Assembly (NCBI GenBank): GCA_023259115.1
Contig: JAHFQW010000003.1
Location: forward strand, 46,346-110,345
Origin: an archaeon
Lineage (GTDB): Archaea > Nanobdellota > Nanobdellia > Woesearchaeales > GW2011-AR9
Direction: 5' to 3'
DNA length: 64,000 nucleotides
Both the position numbers and the translations under genes were made by a program. Each line of letters opens with the position of its first letter. Within the stretch, counting starts at the first letter, position 1. Shown here one piece after another: positions 27,458 to 38,046 of this stretch. The notes under the pieces were generated by a model, which was not told the origin of the DNA, searched no databases, and saw only the letters and a program-made list of their open reading frames with translations.

Positions 27458-28324
27458 ATGGATAAGTTTGTAAACTCATTTGATCGTACCAGGTTGTATT
27501 ATAATTATTCTCAAGGGAAAAATCCCCATACGTTGGTGTTTTTGCATGGTGTGGGCAGCAATTGGACAATTTGGAAAAAAGAGTTAGATTTTTTTCAAGG
27601 AAAAGAGTTTTCTACATTGGCGTTGGATTTACGAGGCCATGGGGCATCGCAATATCATGATGCATTTGAAAAATATAAAATACAGTATTTTTCCAGGGAT
27701 GTGAACACGATTTTACGTATGGAAAATATTAATCAGTTTTCATTGGTGGGACATAGTATTGGAGGAGGTGTTGCGATTAATTATGTGATGCGCTACAAGT
27801 CAGTGTTTCCAAGTTCGTTGATTTTAATTGATTCGGCGAGTACATATCCGTTTGATCATAATAGGCTGCTGAATATGAGCCCGTATTTGACGCATTTTTT
27901 GAGGTTTATTGCAAGTCATCCGCCGACACTGCACAAACATTTTTTGCATTTTAAAGATGTTGATTTGTCGGTGAATGGAATTAAAAATGATTTACATTTA
28001 ATTTCTCATTTATTGCATTTTACGCCGCTGCGATCGCTGGTTCGAGCATTGGATAATTTAGAGGCGTATGTGTTTCATAATCAGAAGAAAATTGATACGG
28101 CACTGCATAATTTACGTATACCAACCCTTGTGATTTCTGGCCAGTATGATGCGACGGTTCCTGTGAAGTTTGCGAAAATGATTAAACGATTGAACCAAGA
28201 TGCGCAGCTGAAAATTATTAGAGGAGGGCATCATACGGTGATGGTGGAAAAACCGGAGCAGGTGAATACAACGATTTATAATTTTTTGCAGAAGCAGGTG
28301 TTGTTGAAATCGCTACAAAATTGA
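27458..28324 (+). CDS. Alpha/beta-fold hydrolase
   Basis: LVFLHGVGSNWTIW; nucleophile elbow GHSIGGG; C-terminal His region. Confidence 0.7.
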   Translation: MDKFVNSFDRTRLYYNYSQGKNPHTLVFLHGVGSNWTIWKKELDFFQGKEFSTLALDLRGHGASQYHDAFEKYKIQYFSRDVNTILRMENINQFSLVGHSIGGGVAINYVMRYKSVFPSSLILIDSASTYPFDHNRLLNMSPYLTHFLRFIASHPPTLHKHFLHFKDVDLSVNGIKNDLHLISHLLHFTPLRSLVRALDNLEAYVFHNQKKIDTALHNLRIPTLVISGQYDATVPVKFAKMIKRLNQDAQLKIIRGGHHTVMVEKPEQVNTTIYNFLQKQVLLKSLQN

Positions 28325-28335
28325 AAGAATGGTTG

Positions 28336-28690
28336 AGATATAGAGGGTTTTGATTAACCCTATAATACTTGTCAAAACCCTCTAAGAATTACTTTGAATA
28401 TTGATAAATAGATGGGTTATTCAAAGTCCTCTATAGTAGAATTCCATGATATTCGAACACAAGAAAATGAATAATAATCATTTTCTGTGCAGAAATAAAG
28501 TAGTTTCTTTATTCAACGAAAATGGAAAATAACATTTTTAAGAGTAAAAATCCATTGATTTTATTGAATGATTCGCAGATTTGCGATTGGGATTTTTACT
28601 TCTTGTATTTGTGGAATTCTACTAATAAGTAAATATCCCTAATTATGTTCGAGAGCTAGGGATATTTACTATAAGAGAGGGAAAGAATAT
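28336..28690. repeat. Mosaic intergenic hairpin-repeat locus C
   Basis: AGAGGGTTTTGA / TCAAAACCCTCT hairpin; ATTACTTTGAATA...GGGTTATTCAAAGT palindrome; TAGTAGAATTCCA and its inverse TGGAATTCTACTA; hairpins AGAAAATGA / TCATTTTCT and AGAAATAAAG-TAGTTT-CTTTATT; conserved module AGTAAAAATCC...GGATTTTTACT (28544-28600); AGTAAATATCCCTA / TAGGGATATTTACT (28627-28670). Confidence 0.6.
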
Positions 28691-28771
28691 TTAATGGAAG
28701 GTATGTTTAACTATTTTCTAGTGGTGTAGTGACAAAAATTATATATAACACCTTGTTTTTTAGGAATTGAT

Positions 28772-29953
28772 ATGATCCCTGTACATTTATTACGAAGGAT
28801 TTTAGCATTCTCGTTGCTGGCAGCCCCACTGGTCACTTTTGGGCAAGAAAAAGAGAGCTTACCAAATAATGATCCGGAAAATATTGATACAGAAGATGCA
28901 GGAAGACAATTGATTTACAAGAAAAAAATGCCTTATTCAGTGGTGGGAGTTTTAGGAGCGGATAGAGTATTGGGTACAACAGATACATGGACGGTGCCCG
29001 TGGTTCGTTTAACGGGATATAAAGAGATGGGAAAGAGTTGTGTTGATGTGCTAGTACAAGCGGATACGTTAGCGGCGTTTGCACAGGTGGAATGTCGAGG
29101 AAAAGTGGGATTTGGTGCAAGAACGCATTATGATTATGTTGCACAGGGAGATTATAGGCATTTTGATGATTTAGGAAGACGATTGAGAGAGAAAGAAGTA
29201 AAGGCAAATGTGTTGGAACAGGATTTATTTCTCAGTGGAAATCTGGGTAGAATTGTTGGGAGAGGAACGTTGGGGATAGGTAATAAATGGTATGGTGCAC
29301 AAGAAAAAACTACTATAGTGGTGCCGGCAGCACATGGAGTACGAGATGTTATACTGGATGTAGGATATCAAGATGTTGAAATTAAAGATATTGTGATTAA
29401 AGAGGGTTTAGAAGGAGCTGTACAGTTGGCATGGCAACAAAGGGAAGGCTATCAAGATACATTGCGCGCATTTGTGTATGGGGGATGGTTTGTTAATTCA
29501 GCGCAAAATACAAATATAAAAATTGAAGCTAGAGCGGGTATTGAGAAGGGAGCAGATAGAGAGAATGGGTGGTATTTAGGTTCTTTTATGAGCAGACAGG
29601 CGCCAGCTCCGGGGTGGAATTATATGGAGATACGACATTCGCCGTTTGCACAACTACAAGCAAGTGTGGGATTTGCGTTAGGAAGAAGTTATAGGTTGGA
29701 ACCGGGAATGAGCGCAATTATGTTATTTTCTCCAAATTTGGTGAAAGAGGGGGATGGATTGAGTGGATTACATCCAAGTGCATTTGCAGTGTTTACAGGT
29801 AAGATTGCAGGGATTGTGCCGTTTGGTATTAAATATGGATATGCACCGCGAACGAGTGTGTTGGATGGCGGACATGAAGTGTTTGGCTATGTGGGGTTTG
29901 CGTTGAATAAATTGGAACCAGATACTAATAGAAGTAGAAGAGATAAGAAGTAA
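28772..29953 (+). CDS. Secreted hypothetical protein (393 aa)
   Basis: N-terminal signal peptide (ILAFSLLAAPLVTFG); Gly/aromatic-rich, beta-rich-looking sequence; no TM helix. Confidence 0.35.
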   Translation: MIPVHLLRRILAFSLLAAPLVTFGQEKESLPNNDPENIDTEDAGRQLIYKKKMPYSVVGVLGADRVLGTTDTWTVPVVRLTGYKEMGKSCVDVLVQADTLAAFAQVECRGKVGFGARTHYDYVAQGDYRHFDDLGRRLREKEVKANVLEQDLFLSGNLGRIVGRGTLGIGNKWYGAQEKTTIVVPAAHGVRDVILDVGYQDVEIKDIVIKEGLEGAVQLAWQQREGYQDTLRAFVYGGWFVNSAQNTNIKIEARAGIEKGADRENGWYLGSFMSRQAPAPGWNYMEIRHSPFAQLQASVGFALGRSYRLEPGMSAIMLFSPNLVKEGDGLSGLHPSAFAVFTGKIAGIVPFGIKYGYAPRTSVLDGGHEVFGYVGFALNKLEPDTNRSRRDKK

Positions 29954-29959
29954 AGAAGT

Positions 29960-30005
29960 GTAATCTTTTGTTTATTATATTGATGAATATAAATGTTATT
30001 CAAAG
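29960..30005. repeat. TTTATTATATTGATGAATA...GTTATTCAAAGT 3'-end element
   Basis: Near-identical to the tail at 6165-6208; abuts the stop (TAA read on the minus strand at 30006-30008) of the minus-strand gene. Confidence 0.45.
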
Positions 30006-31514
30006 TTAATTATAATGGTTTTTAATTTTACTTTGATAGGGATATTTTTCGTTAGTGTAGAGAAGAATGTCAGGGGTGGCTAACTGGGGAAATTTTTGAT
30101 AACTAGCACGATAGCCTTGATTTACCTCTTGCAAAGTTTTCATAATTAATTGGGTGTATTTTTGTTTGAGCAAATGAGTGGGGATGATATTAGGTTTTAA
30201 TTGAATTTCAATCTGCAAGCAACGATTGTGATTTGTATCAAAGATACTTTGAAATTTAAAGTTGCCTGTAGTTTGTGTTTCGATTTGAGGGTTGCGATAG
30301 ATGCATTCTTGGATGTTTTCAGGATAGATGAGGAAAGCGTTGAAGTTGACAGGGCCATTTTTTCTGCCAACAATATAAAGAAAAGGAAGAGGAAGGTTAA
30401 GTTGGCGGTGAATTTTGTGTTTAGCAAGAATTTTTTGCATGGAAGCGTGGGAGATGGTGCCTCCTTCATCTTCGAGGTTATATTTCATGACGGGCTGTGC
30501 GGCTTCAGGTAGGATTGTGGTGAAGACCAGTTCTTTTTTTTCGTTGGCGTAGACAAATAAATTGAGAGGGTATTGAAAGAGCATGGGAGTTTCTTGTACA
30601 TCTCCGAAGAGTTCTTGACGTAAAGTGTGGTTTTTATCAGCTAGACGACGAATGAAAACAGTGTTATCATTTTCCATACCACCTAGAATACCGATGTCAG
30701 AGGCGCCAAAACCGGAGCGGACTTTGCCTTTAATTTGTTTTTGAAGATATGTACGCCAAGATTCGGGAAAATCTTCGCCACCACCAATAAAGTGAAGGGT
30801 ATATTTTTTAAGTGGGAATTTACGGGTTATGGCGTCGTCAACGAAGTTTTTGATGAATGGAGGGTAGCCGGTAATGATGATTTGTTCGTAGCTGCTGCCA
30901 ATATCAAGAATGGTTTGAAATATTTCGTCTTTATCTGGCCCAACATTAATGACGGGACAATGCCAGGAAGCTAATTCATTGAAATTTATACCAGTAACCC
31001 AGCTGCCAAGAATAAAGCCATTGATGATTAATGTTTTTTTTTTATCCGTTTTGAAATTTTCATCGAGGGCAATACTCAGAGCGGTTTTACCAAAGAGGTC
31101 TTCATTGTGGGAACGAACCCAATAACATTGTTTGCCAGAGTGACCGGAACTTTTGACAATCATACTAATATTGTGATAGTCACCGTTAATACACATGTCA
31201 CACATATCATGGGCTTTAAAGATATAATTTTTTTTGTTGGTTTCGGGAGCAAGGGTGAGAAAGTCATGTAGTGTTTTAATTTGTTGAGGGTTGCAGTGAT
31301 GTTGGGTGAGAAATTTTTTGTATTGAGGGATACGCTGGGCATTGAGATGAAAAGTGTAGAGGAGATATTTTTCTTGAAGAAGCTCAATGGTATCGGGAGA
31401 GGTGTTAAAAAATGTTTCTTTAAATTTAGGATAATTTTTGGTCTGCTGATTCATCAAGGGATGGAGCAGAGACATGGAGACGGTTTTGATGGTGGAATTA
31501 AGAAGAAAAGACAT
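30006..31514 (-). CDS. Adenylate-forming enzyme (PaaK / F390-synthetase-like)
   Basis: SSGHSGKQ approximates the AMP-binding motif (S/T)SG(S/T)TGxPK; overall PaaK-like architecture at about 500 aa. Weak. Confidence 0.4.
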   Translation of the reverse strand: MSFLLNSTIKTVSMSLLHPLMNQQTKNYPKFKETFFNTSPDTIELLQEKYLLYTFHLNAQRIPQYKKFLTQHHCNPQQIKTLHDFLTLAPETNKKNYIFKAHDMCDMCINGDYHNISMIVKSSGHSGKQCYWVRSHNEDLFGKTALSIALDENFKTDKKKTLIINGFILGSWVTGINFNELASWHCPVINVGPDKDEIFQTILDIGSSYEQIIITGYPPFIKNFVDDAITRKFPLKKYTLHFIGGGEDFPESWRTYLQKQIKGKVRSGFGASDIGILGGMENDNTVFIRRLADKNHTLRQELFGDVQETPMLFQYPLNLFVYANEKKELVFTTILPEAAQPVMKYNLEDEGGTISHASMQKILAKHKIHRQLNLPLPFLYIVGRKNGPVNFNAFLIYPENIQECIYRNPQIETQTTGNFKFQSIFDTNHNRCLQIEIQLKPNIIPTHLLKQKYTQLIMKTLQEVNQGYRASYQKFPQLATPDILLYTNEKYPYQSKIKNHYN

Positions 31515-31523
31515 AGAAAAACC

Positions 31524-31877
31524 TCATAAATTTTTGATGAAACGATTTTTTTTATCGACTAGGATACATTTGGGTTTTATTGCAGAAGTGGAGAGGGTGT
31601 AGGCCATGATGATAATTTCTTCACCTCTCTTTATCATGTGAGAACAAGCACCATTAACACAGATAATGCCAGAGCCGCGCTTTCCTTTGATGACGTAGGT
31701 TTCGATACGGTTACCGGAGGTGTTGCTTACAATCTGCACACGTTCGCCAGGCCAGATGTTAGTGCGTTTTAAGAGGTCTTCATCGATGGTTATACTGCCA
31801 ATGTAATGAAGATTTGCTTCAGTTACCATGGCTTTATGAATCTTGGATTTTAAGAGAAAGCGTTGCATTAGTATCAC
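31524..31877 (-). CDS. panD: Aspartate 1-decarboxylase, pyruvoyl-dependent (bacterial type)
   Basis: KSKIHKAMVTEANLHYIGSITIDEDLL with the Gly-Ser self-cleavage site; GSGIICVNGA; 117 aa. Confidence 0.8.
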   Translation of the reverse strand: MILMQRFLLKSKIHKAMVTEANLHYIGSITIDEDLLKRTNIWPGERVQIVSNTSGNRIETYVIKGKRGSGIICVNGACSHMIKRGEEIIIMAYTLSTSAIKPKCILVDKKNRFIKNL

Positions 31878-31946
31878 CTTTGTGATGTTTGAATGTGTTA
31901 GCCTTCAAAAAGCTTATTCACCATTTATAGATAGTAAAGAATACAA

Positions 31947-33908
31947 ATGTTTATAAATAAAATAGTCTATTTAGAGGAAATGGTAGAGATAGGGTTGCAA
32001 AGAGTGCTTTCTATAGAGGAATTAGTACAAGAATGGGGAAAACCAAGAGAACATCCTACTTTTAATTCCCAAGAAGCGGCAAGCCATCGAACGTGGCTGG
32101 CGATTTCTAATTATGTGGCCTATCATGATGCACGAAAGCTAAATGCATTGTTTCAAGGGATAGATTTTCCACATATGCAGCTGTCAACGCAGAATATTTC
32201 TTTTCCAAGTACGTTAGAAGAAGTAATGACGCCAGATACACGCAGGAAATTTGCGTATTTACGAGAAAATCCTCGGTTGTATGGTAGTATGCAGACACGA
32301 TTACAATTATTTCAAAATATTGTGGACGCGATGGATGATGAGACGGCAAATTTTCGGGTGGGGAGAAATATTCGTGTGAATAAGGATATGGGAACGTTGA
32401 AATTAACATTGGAGTCAGGGGTTAAAGGATTATTGAAAGTATTTGGAGCGAATCCGGCGAAGATTTTGGCGAAGAGAATGACGGATGCAAATCGGGCATT
32501 GAATACGTTTTTAGATACACGAGTGGCACAGTATGGTTCTAATTTTATGGATGTACGAGTGGAATATTTCGATTTGAAAGATGTGAGTGTGGAAGGTGAT
32601 CATTATACTTTAGGTACGATTTTAGGCGGCTTGGAGACGATTTCGGCGTATAAACAAGTAGAGATTACAGCGTTGCAAACGCCATTTGATGCACAAGTTG
32701 AGGGAGTGAAAGCACGGATGTATGAGCCAGGCATGAGATATGTGTTTGAAAATTATGTACATGATCCAACAAGCCCGGTATTTTTGTATCGCTATACTTT
32801 TCAAGAGCCAGCACAGTTTGTGAAAAGAGTGCTGCGAGCGGTAGGAGATTTAGCACGAAATAATTTGCCTTCGAGAATGACGCGAGCGGAGATGCAAGAA
32901 GAGGGACAACAAAGACAATTGTTGAACCAGGTGCGAGAATTAGATGAACGGGCGTTGAGTGAATATAAAGCACAGGTAGAGGCCCAGAGTGCACGCGCGG
33001 ATGCGGCGGAAGCGAGAGCAAGTCAAGCTGAGATGCTGGTTGTGGCAGAGAGGGCAAAAGTTGAAGCCACGGAAGCAAGAAGAACATTGGAGGAGAGTGT
33101 GAGCGGCGTGAATCAGGTATTTGGAGAGATGCGTACATTAGCACATGATAGCAAGAATTATGCTCTGGCGCTACGAGCACAGAGCTGTGATTTACTTAAA
33201 GTGAGTATGGAACAACTGCCAGAGGATTTACAAGTGAAGTACAATGGATTGTTTGAGACGGATGAAACGCTTCTACAAGGGTTAGAACAGATGAAAAATG
33301 ATCTTTCTATTCCAGATGAAGTTAAAACGGTGGTAGATCATGCTACAAAAACAATTGAGTTTATACGTTATGTGGCGGAGCATACACAGAGATCGTTGGA
33401 AACGCTTGATGGAATCATTTCAAATGAGCGTTTAATTATGGCAGGAGGAATTCCGGTGGATATTCAACGTGTGCCGTATGAGAGAGTTATTCGACCAGTG
33501 GCGGAGAATGTTAAATTGATCTATCCGAACGTGAGAATTGAGTATAATTTGCCGGAAGGGTTACTAGTTGATGCGGATCAAAGATTAATGAAGGTGGCGA
33601 TGGTAAATTTGTTGAGTAATGCAGTGGAGGCGTCGTTGCCTGATGGGCGTGTGAAAGTGGATGTGGCACAACGAACACGAGGAGAACGGACGTTTACGAT
33701 TATTGATTTGTATCAGAGTGGGTATATTCCACCGGAAATTGTGGAAAAATTGAATAGGGCGGAGAAGTTTACAACCAAAGAGCAAGGGAATGCGACGGGT
33801 GCGGCGGCAAGTTATAATATTATCACGGGACCGCATAATGGGAAGTTGACGTATGAGAGTTTAGGTCCAGGAGAGGAGTTTGGTGGACGGATACGAATTG
33901 TGATTTGA
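31947..33908 (+). CDS. Cytoplasmic histidine-kinase-like protein (HATPase_c C-terminus)
   Basis: C-terminal N-box NLLSNAVEAS and GxG-like G-boxes; candidate H-box RTLAHDSKNYALAL preceded by a long coiled coil; no TM segments. Confidence 0.45.
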   Translation: MFINKIVYLEEMVEIGLQRVLSIEELVQEWGKPREHPTFNSQEAASHRTWLAISNYVAYHDARKLNALFQGIDFPHMQLSTQNISFPSTLEEVMTPDTRRKFAYLRENPRLYGSMQTRLQLFQNIVDAMDDETANFRVGRNIRVNKDMGTLKLTLESGVKGLLKVFGANPAKILAKRMTDANRALNTFLDTRVAQYGSNFMDVRVEYFDLKDVSVEGDHYTLGTILGGLETISAYKQVEITALQTPFDAQVEGVKARMYEPGMRYVFENYVHDPTSPVFLYRYTFQEPAQFVKRVLRAVGDLARNNLPSRMTRAEMQEEGQQRQLLNQVRELDERALSEYKAQVEAQSARADAAEARASQAEMLVVAERAKVEATEARRTLEESVSGVNQVFGEMRTLAHDSKNYALALRAQSCDLLKVSMEQLPEDLQVKYNGLFETDETLLQGLEQMKNDLSIPDEVKTVVDHATKTIEFIRYVAEHTQRSLETLDGIISNERLIMAGGIPVDIQRVPYERVIRPVAENVKLIYPNVRIEYNLPEGLLVDADQRLMKVAMVNLLSNAVEASLPDGRVKVDVAQRTRGERTFTIIDLYQSGYIPPEIVEKLNRAEKFTTKEQGNATGAAASYNIITGPHNGKLTYESLGPGEEFGGRIRIVI

Positions 33909-34013
33909 AGTTTTCTTTACTGTTTTAATTAGGAGTTAAGCTTATTGAAACATTTCAACAGTTCTAAAAAAGATTAGAAAGAAAGTGGAATGTACACCCA
34001 AAGTTAAAAAACA

Positions 34014-34508
34014 TTAACGATTGATTGGTTTTACTTTATGGGCATAAATAGCATCAATTGTTGCTACTAACGCTTGGCCGTAACTCTGTATATTTACTGT
34101 TTTTCGATCACCGCTCACCGCTTTTTCTAGACCATAAACCCTAAATTGATCAATATCTAAGCAGAGGTCTGGTGAAGTTAATTGATTCCTTAGACTTGTT
34201 GCGACAAGAACTTGTTCTAACCCAGGAAGCTGGGATTTTTCTTTGTTTAATAATGTAAGAACGTTTAAACCAGAATAATTTAATGTGACTTTTTCAAGAG
34301 TTTTACTATCAGTATAATCTTTGAAGTTTAAATCCATCACAATGAGGTCGTCTGTTGTGAGATTTGCACGTTTCCAATAGTCTATGGCGAATATATTACT
34401 TAATTTGGCAATAAAAGGAGTATATCCTCTTGTGGTGAGCATTACTTGCGCTTCACTCAAAAGGGTGCGATCGTCTTCACATAATATAATTCGGCCTGGT
34501 TTAATCAT
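34014..34508 (-). CDS. Atypical receiver-domain (CheY-like) protein
   Basis: IILCEDD N-terminus; DLIVMDLNFKDY (phospho-Asp position); LVATS; conserved Lys (VYGLEKA). Confidence 0.45.
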   Translation of the reverse strand: MIKPGRIILCEDDRTLLSEAQVMLTTRGYTPFIAKLSNIFAIDYWKRANLTTDDLIVMDLNFKDYTDSKTLEKVTLNYSGLNVLTLLNKEKSQLPGLEQVLVATSLRNQLTSPDLCLDIDQFRVYGLEKAVSGDRKTVNIQSYGQALVATIDAIYAHKVKPINR

Positions 34509-34622
34509 GGTAATTCCTCATGTTGTTAAAAAAGTGTTACTTTTAAGTAGAAAACTTTTTTAGTATATAAAGATTATTATTTTTGAAAGTACATATTGTA
34601 AAATAGTCAAAATAATGGTGAT

Positions 34623-35162
34623 TTAACGAGGAATTTCTGATTTATCACGCCACCCGTAGTTTAATGGGTGGATTCTTTCTTGCTTAGGATCAGCATAGAT
34701 GTCTTTGATGCGCTGGACCAAACTTTCACCATAATTGATGACTTTGCCTCTTGCGTCTATGCCTTTTGCTAGACCGTAGACGTCAAATCCTTCGATTTTG
34801 GCGATATCCCAGCTCGGATTTCTTGGATCAATCTCGCGAACGTTGCTCGTGGCGATGAGAACACGTTCTAATTCTAATACATAGCCTTGTTGTTTACATT
34901 GTTCCAGACGAGCTAAGATGTCTTTACCTGAGCACACGAGAGCCGCTTTTTGTTGGGTTGTAGGATCTCGGTATTCTTTAAAATTTAAATCAAGAACAAT
35001 GAGATCATCTGTTTGGATATGAAGGTTCATCCAGTAATGGGTATCTGAAGCTTCTGCTAAATCGACTTGTTCAAAACGATATTTATCTACGTGCCATAAT
35101 TCGCTCATCGCACCATTTACTAAATCAAGTTCATCTTCAGCGATATAGATTGTAGGGCTCAT
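34623..35162 (-). CDS. Atypical receiver-domain protein (paralog of 34014)
   Basis: IYIAEDE; DLIVLDLNFKEY; LIATS; VYGLAKG. Clear paralogy to the neighbouring gene. Confidence 0.45.
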   Translation of the reverse strand: MSPTIYIAEDELDLVNGAMSELWHVDKYRFEQVDLAEASDTHYWMNLHIQTDDLIVLDLNFKEYRDPTTQQKAALVCSGKDILARLEQCKQQGYVLELERVLIATSNVREIDPRNPSWDIAKIEGFDVYGLAKGIDARGKVINYGESLVQRIKDIYADPKQERIHPLNYGWRDKSEIPR

Positions 35163-35264
35163 CTGTGTATGAAATAAATTGAGAGGAGAGTATAAAAAGA
35201 TTATGAGAATTCAATAGATAGGTTTGAGAGGAAAAATATAGAATGAAGAAAAATACTTTATTTT

Positions 35265-35295
35265 GGTACAGAAAACAATTTTTTTTCTTGTATGA
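35265..35295. repeat. TACAGAAA...TTTCTTGTA hairpin module (short-stem copy)
   Basis: GGTACAGAAAACAATTTTTTTCTTGTATG shares its flanks with the hairpins at 6127-6159 and 20386-20417. Confidence 0.4.
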
Positions 35296-35337
35296 TGGCG
35301 AATGTTAAATGATTAATTATTTAATTTTGCCACGATA

Positions 35338-36555
35338 CTATAAGTATATCTTCCCTCTTAATTTCTCTGCAGCAATGATTCTTTTTAATGCATAGAGGTA
35401 GGTGGCGGTGCGAAAGTTGTAAGATTTATTTTTGGACTCTTCCCAGATGTTGTTAAATGCTCTCTGCATTTTGTCTTTTAAACGCAGAGCAACTTCTTCT
35501 TCACGCCAGTAGAATCCCTGATTATTCTGCACCCATTCAAAGTAGGAAACGGTGACGCCACCACTATTGGCTAAGACGTCAGGAATGACAAAGACTTTTT
35601 GTTGATGTAAGATTTCATCTGCTTCAAGAGTGGTAGGTCCGTTGGCGAGTTCGAGAATGATTTGAGCGTTGATGTATTTGGCGTTGTCTTTGGTGATGAT
35701 GTTACCCAGAGCGGCGGGAATGAGGATGGCGCAACCAATGGTTACTAATTTTTCGTTGGTGAGACGTTCGGCGGTGAGATAATTGACAACAGAACCGGTT
35801 TTTTGTTTTATTTCGATGACTTTTTCGATATCTACGCCATTGCGATTTAAGATGGCGCCATGAGAATCAGAAACGCCGATAATTTTAAAGCCGCGTTGCG
35901 CGAGGAGATGCGCAATGTTCATGCCGGCGTTGCCAAAGCCTTGGATGATAACGGTTTTTTGGGAGATATGTAATTGTTCAATTGCTTCTTCAAGAATAAA
36001 TACGCCGCCGAGAGCGGTGGCAATGTCACGAATAAGAGAACCGCCTAATTCTAGAGGCTTGCCGGTGATCATGCCTGGTGAAGAAGTTTGAGTGAGGGTT
36101 TCGTATTCATCTAACATCCACGCCATGATTTGAGGAGTGGTGTAGACATCGGGGGCAGGAATATCTTTGGTTGGGCCAAGATCTTTGTAGAATGCACGAA
36201 TGTATTGACGACTGAGTTGCTGGAGATCTTTTTGAGAGAGTTGTTTTGAATCTAGGGTTATACCGCCTTTGGCGCCGCCAAATGGAATATCAGCGATGGC
36301 AGTCTTTAAAGTCATCCAGAAGGCTAATGATTTTACTTCGTCGAGTGAGATGTGGGGATGAAAGCGAATGCCGCCTTTGTAGGGGCCTCGAGCGTTATTG
36401 AATTGAACTCGAAATGCGGGGTATTTTTTGCCGTTGATGTTGAGTGTTTTTTGCAGAATTTTGTTTGGTCTTTTGAGTGATTTGAGTTGGTCGGAAGAGA
36501 GATTAGCTAGAGGGGCTATTTTATCTAAGAATTGTTCAACCTCTTTGAATGACAT
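35338..36555 (-). CDS. gdhA: Glutamate dehydrogenase
   Basis: Glu/Leu/Phe/Val dehydrogenase signature PFGGAKGGI; Rossmann fold GFGNAG. Confidence 0.85.
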   Translation of the reverse strand: MSFKEVEQFLDKIAPLANLSSDQLKSLKRPNKILQKTLNINGKKYPAFRVQFNNARGPYKGGIRFHPHISLDEVKSLAFWMTLKTAIADIPFGGAKGGITLDSKQLSQKDLQQLSRQYIRAFYKDLGPTKDIPAPDVYTTPQIMAWMLDEYETLTQTSSPGMITGKPLELGGSLIRDIATALGGVFILEEAIEQLHISQKTVIIQGFGNAGMNIAHLLAQRGFKIIGVSDSHGAILNRNGVDIEKVIEIKQKTGSVVNYLTAERLTNEKLVTIGCAILIPAALGNIITKDNAKYINAQIILELANGPTTLEADEILHQQKVFVIPDVLANSGGVTVSYFEWVQNNQGFYWREEEVALRLKDKMQRAFNNIWEESKNKSYNFRTATYLYALKRIIAAEKLRGKIYL

Positions 36556-36642
36556 AGAATGGTTTGGGGGAGGTTGATTATAAATTTTATGATATTGCAG
36601 ATTTTTTGTATTGATAAGTAGAGGGGTTATTCAAGCACTTAT

Positions 36643-37929
36643 TTACAAAAACTTTCCTCTGACTAATTTCTTGGCAACTTTTTTGAGATGGTTTGTGTAG
36701 GCAGCCATATCAGCGATAGGTTTTTGGGCAACACCAGAATCCATGGCCGCTTTGGCAACAGCAGGAGCAACATGATAGAGAACACGTGGATCAAATGGCT
36801 TAGGTATGATGTAATCTGGACCAAATTCAAAATTTTGGTTATAGGCTTTGGTGACTTCTTTTGGTACGGTTTTGTGAGCGAGTTTAGCTAATGCTTTTAC
36901 TGCGGCGACTTTCATTTCAGTGTTTATAGTGGTGGCTCTGACATCGAGAGCAGCACGGAAGATGAAGGGGAAACCTAAGACGTTATTGACTTGATTGGGA
37001 TAATCAGATCTACCTGTTGCCATAATGCAATTAGGGACGGCTTGTTTTGCATCTACGTATGAAATCTCAGGAATAGGATTGGCCATGGCAAAAATAATGG
37101 GCTGTGTATTCATGGATTGAATCATCTCTTTTGTGACGATGTTGGCTTGGGAGACACCGACGAATATGTCTGCGCCAACCAATGCTTCTGCAAGAGTGCG
37201 TTTTGTGGTGCCTTGAGCAAAGGCAATTTTATATTTGTTGAGATCAGAACGAGAAGTGGTGAGTATACCTTGGCTATCAACCATTAAGATATGTTCACGT
37301 TTGACGCCAAGATGAATGAACATGTTAGCGCAGGCGATAGCAGCGGCACCAGCACCAGAGAAGACAACATGAACTTGATTGATTTTTTTTCCGGTGATTT
37401 CTATGGCGTTGAGTAGAGCGGCAGTGCTGATAATGGCGGTGCCGTGTTGGTCATCGTGGAAGATGGGAATTTTTAATTGTTTGATGAGCTCTTCTTCGAT
37501 GTAGAAACATTCGGGAGCTTTGATATCTTCTAAATTAATACCGCCGAAAGTTGGTTCTAATGACGCGATGGTATGAACGAGTTTTTCTTGATCTGATTCG
37601 TTGATTTCGATGTCGAATGCGTCAATGTTGGCGAAACGTTTGAAGAGGACGGCTTTGCCTTCCATGACAGGTTTACCTGCGAGAGGTCCGATGTTACCTA
37701 GGCCTAGAACTGCGGTGCCGTTGGTGATTACCCCTACAAGATTACTTTTGTTGGTGTATTTATACGCATCAGAAGGATTTGCTTTGATTTCTAAACAGGG
37801 TTGAGCGACACCAGGAGTGTAGGCTAAAGAGAGTTCTTGTGCGGTGGTGCAAGGTTTTGTGGGAATGATAGACGTTTTACCGGGAAGAGGATGCTCGTGA
37901 TAGTCTAGAGGTGATTGGTTATTAGTCAT
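36643..37929 (-). CDS. NAD(P)-dependent malic enzyme
   Basis: [15 protein letters not shown]; dinucleotide-binding fold [10 protein letters not shown]; about 430 aa, the short malic-enzyme form. Confidence 0.85.
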   Translation of the reverse strand: MTNNQSPLDYHEHPLPGKTSIIPTKPCTTAQELSLAYTPGVAQPCLEIKANPSDAYKYTNKSNLVGVITNGTAVLGLGNIGPLAGKPVMEGKAVLFKRFANIDAFDIEINESDQEKLVHTIASLEPTFGGINLEDIKAPECFYIEEELIKQLKIPIFHDDQHGTAIISTAALLNAIEITGKKINQVHVVFSGAGAAAIACANMFIHLGVKREHILMVDSQGILTTSRSDLNKYKIAFAQGTTKRTLAEALVGADIFVGVSQANIVTKEMIQSMNTQPIIFAMANPIPEISYVDAKQAVPNCIMATGRSDYPNQVNNVLGFPFIFRAALDVRATTINTEMKVAAVKALAKLAHKTVPKEVTKAYNQNFEFGPDYIIPKPFDPRVLYHVAPAVAKAAMDSGVAQKPIADMAAYTNHLKKVAKKLVRGKFL

Positions 37930-38046
37930 ATTGAAAGAGAGTTCGGAGAGGGTATATTAAAGTTGTGGCAAAAAGATACGGGTTATTCTTCTGGTTACGA
38001 GAGAGGGCAAAAAATGGGGGAAGAGTATATCAAAACAGATGAAACA

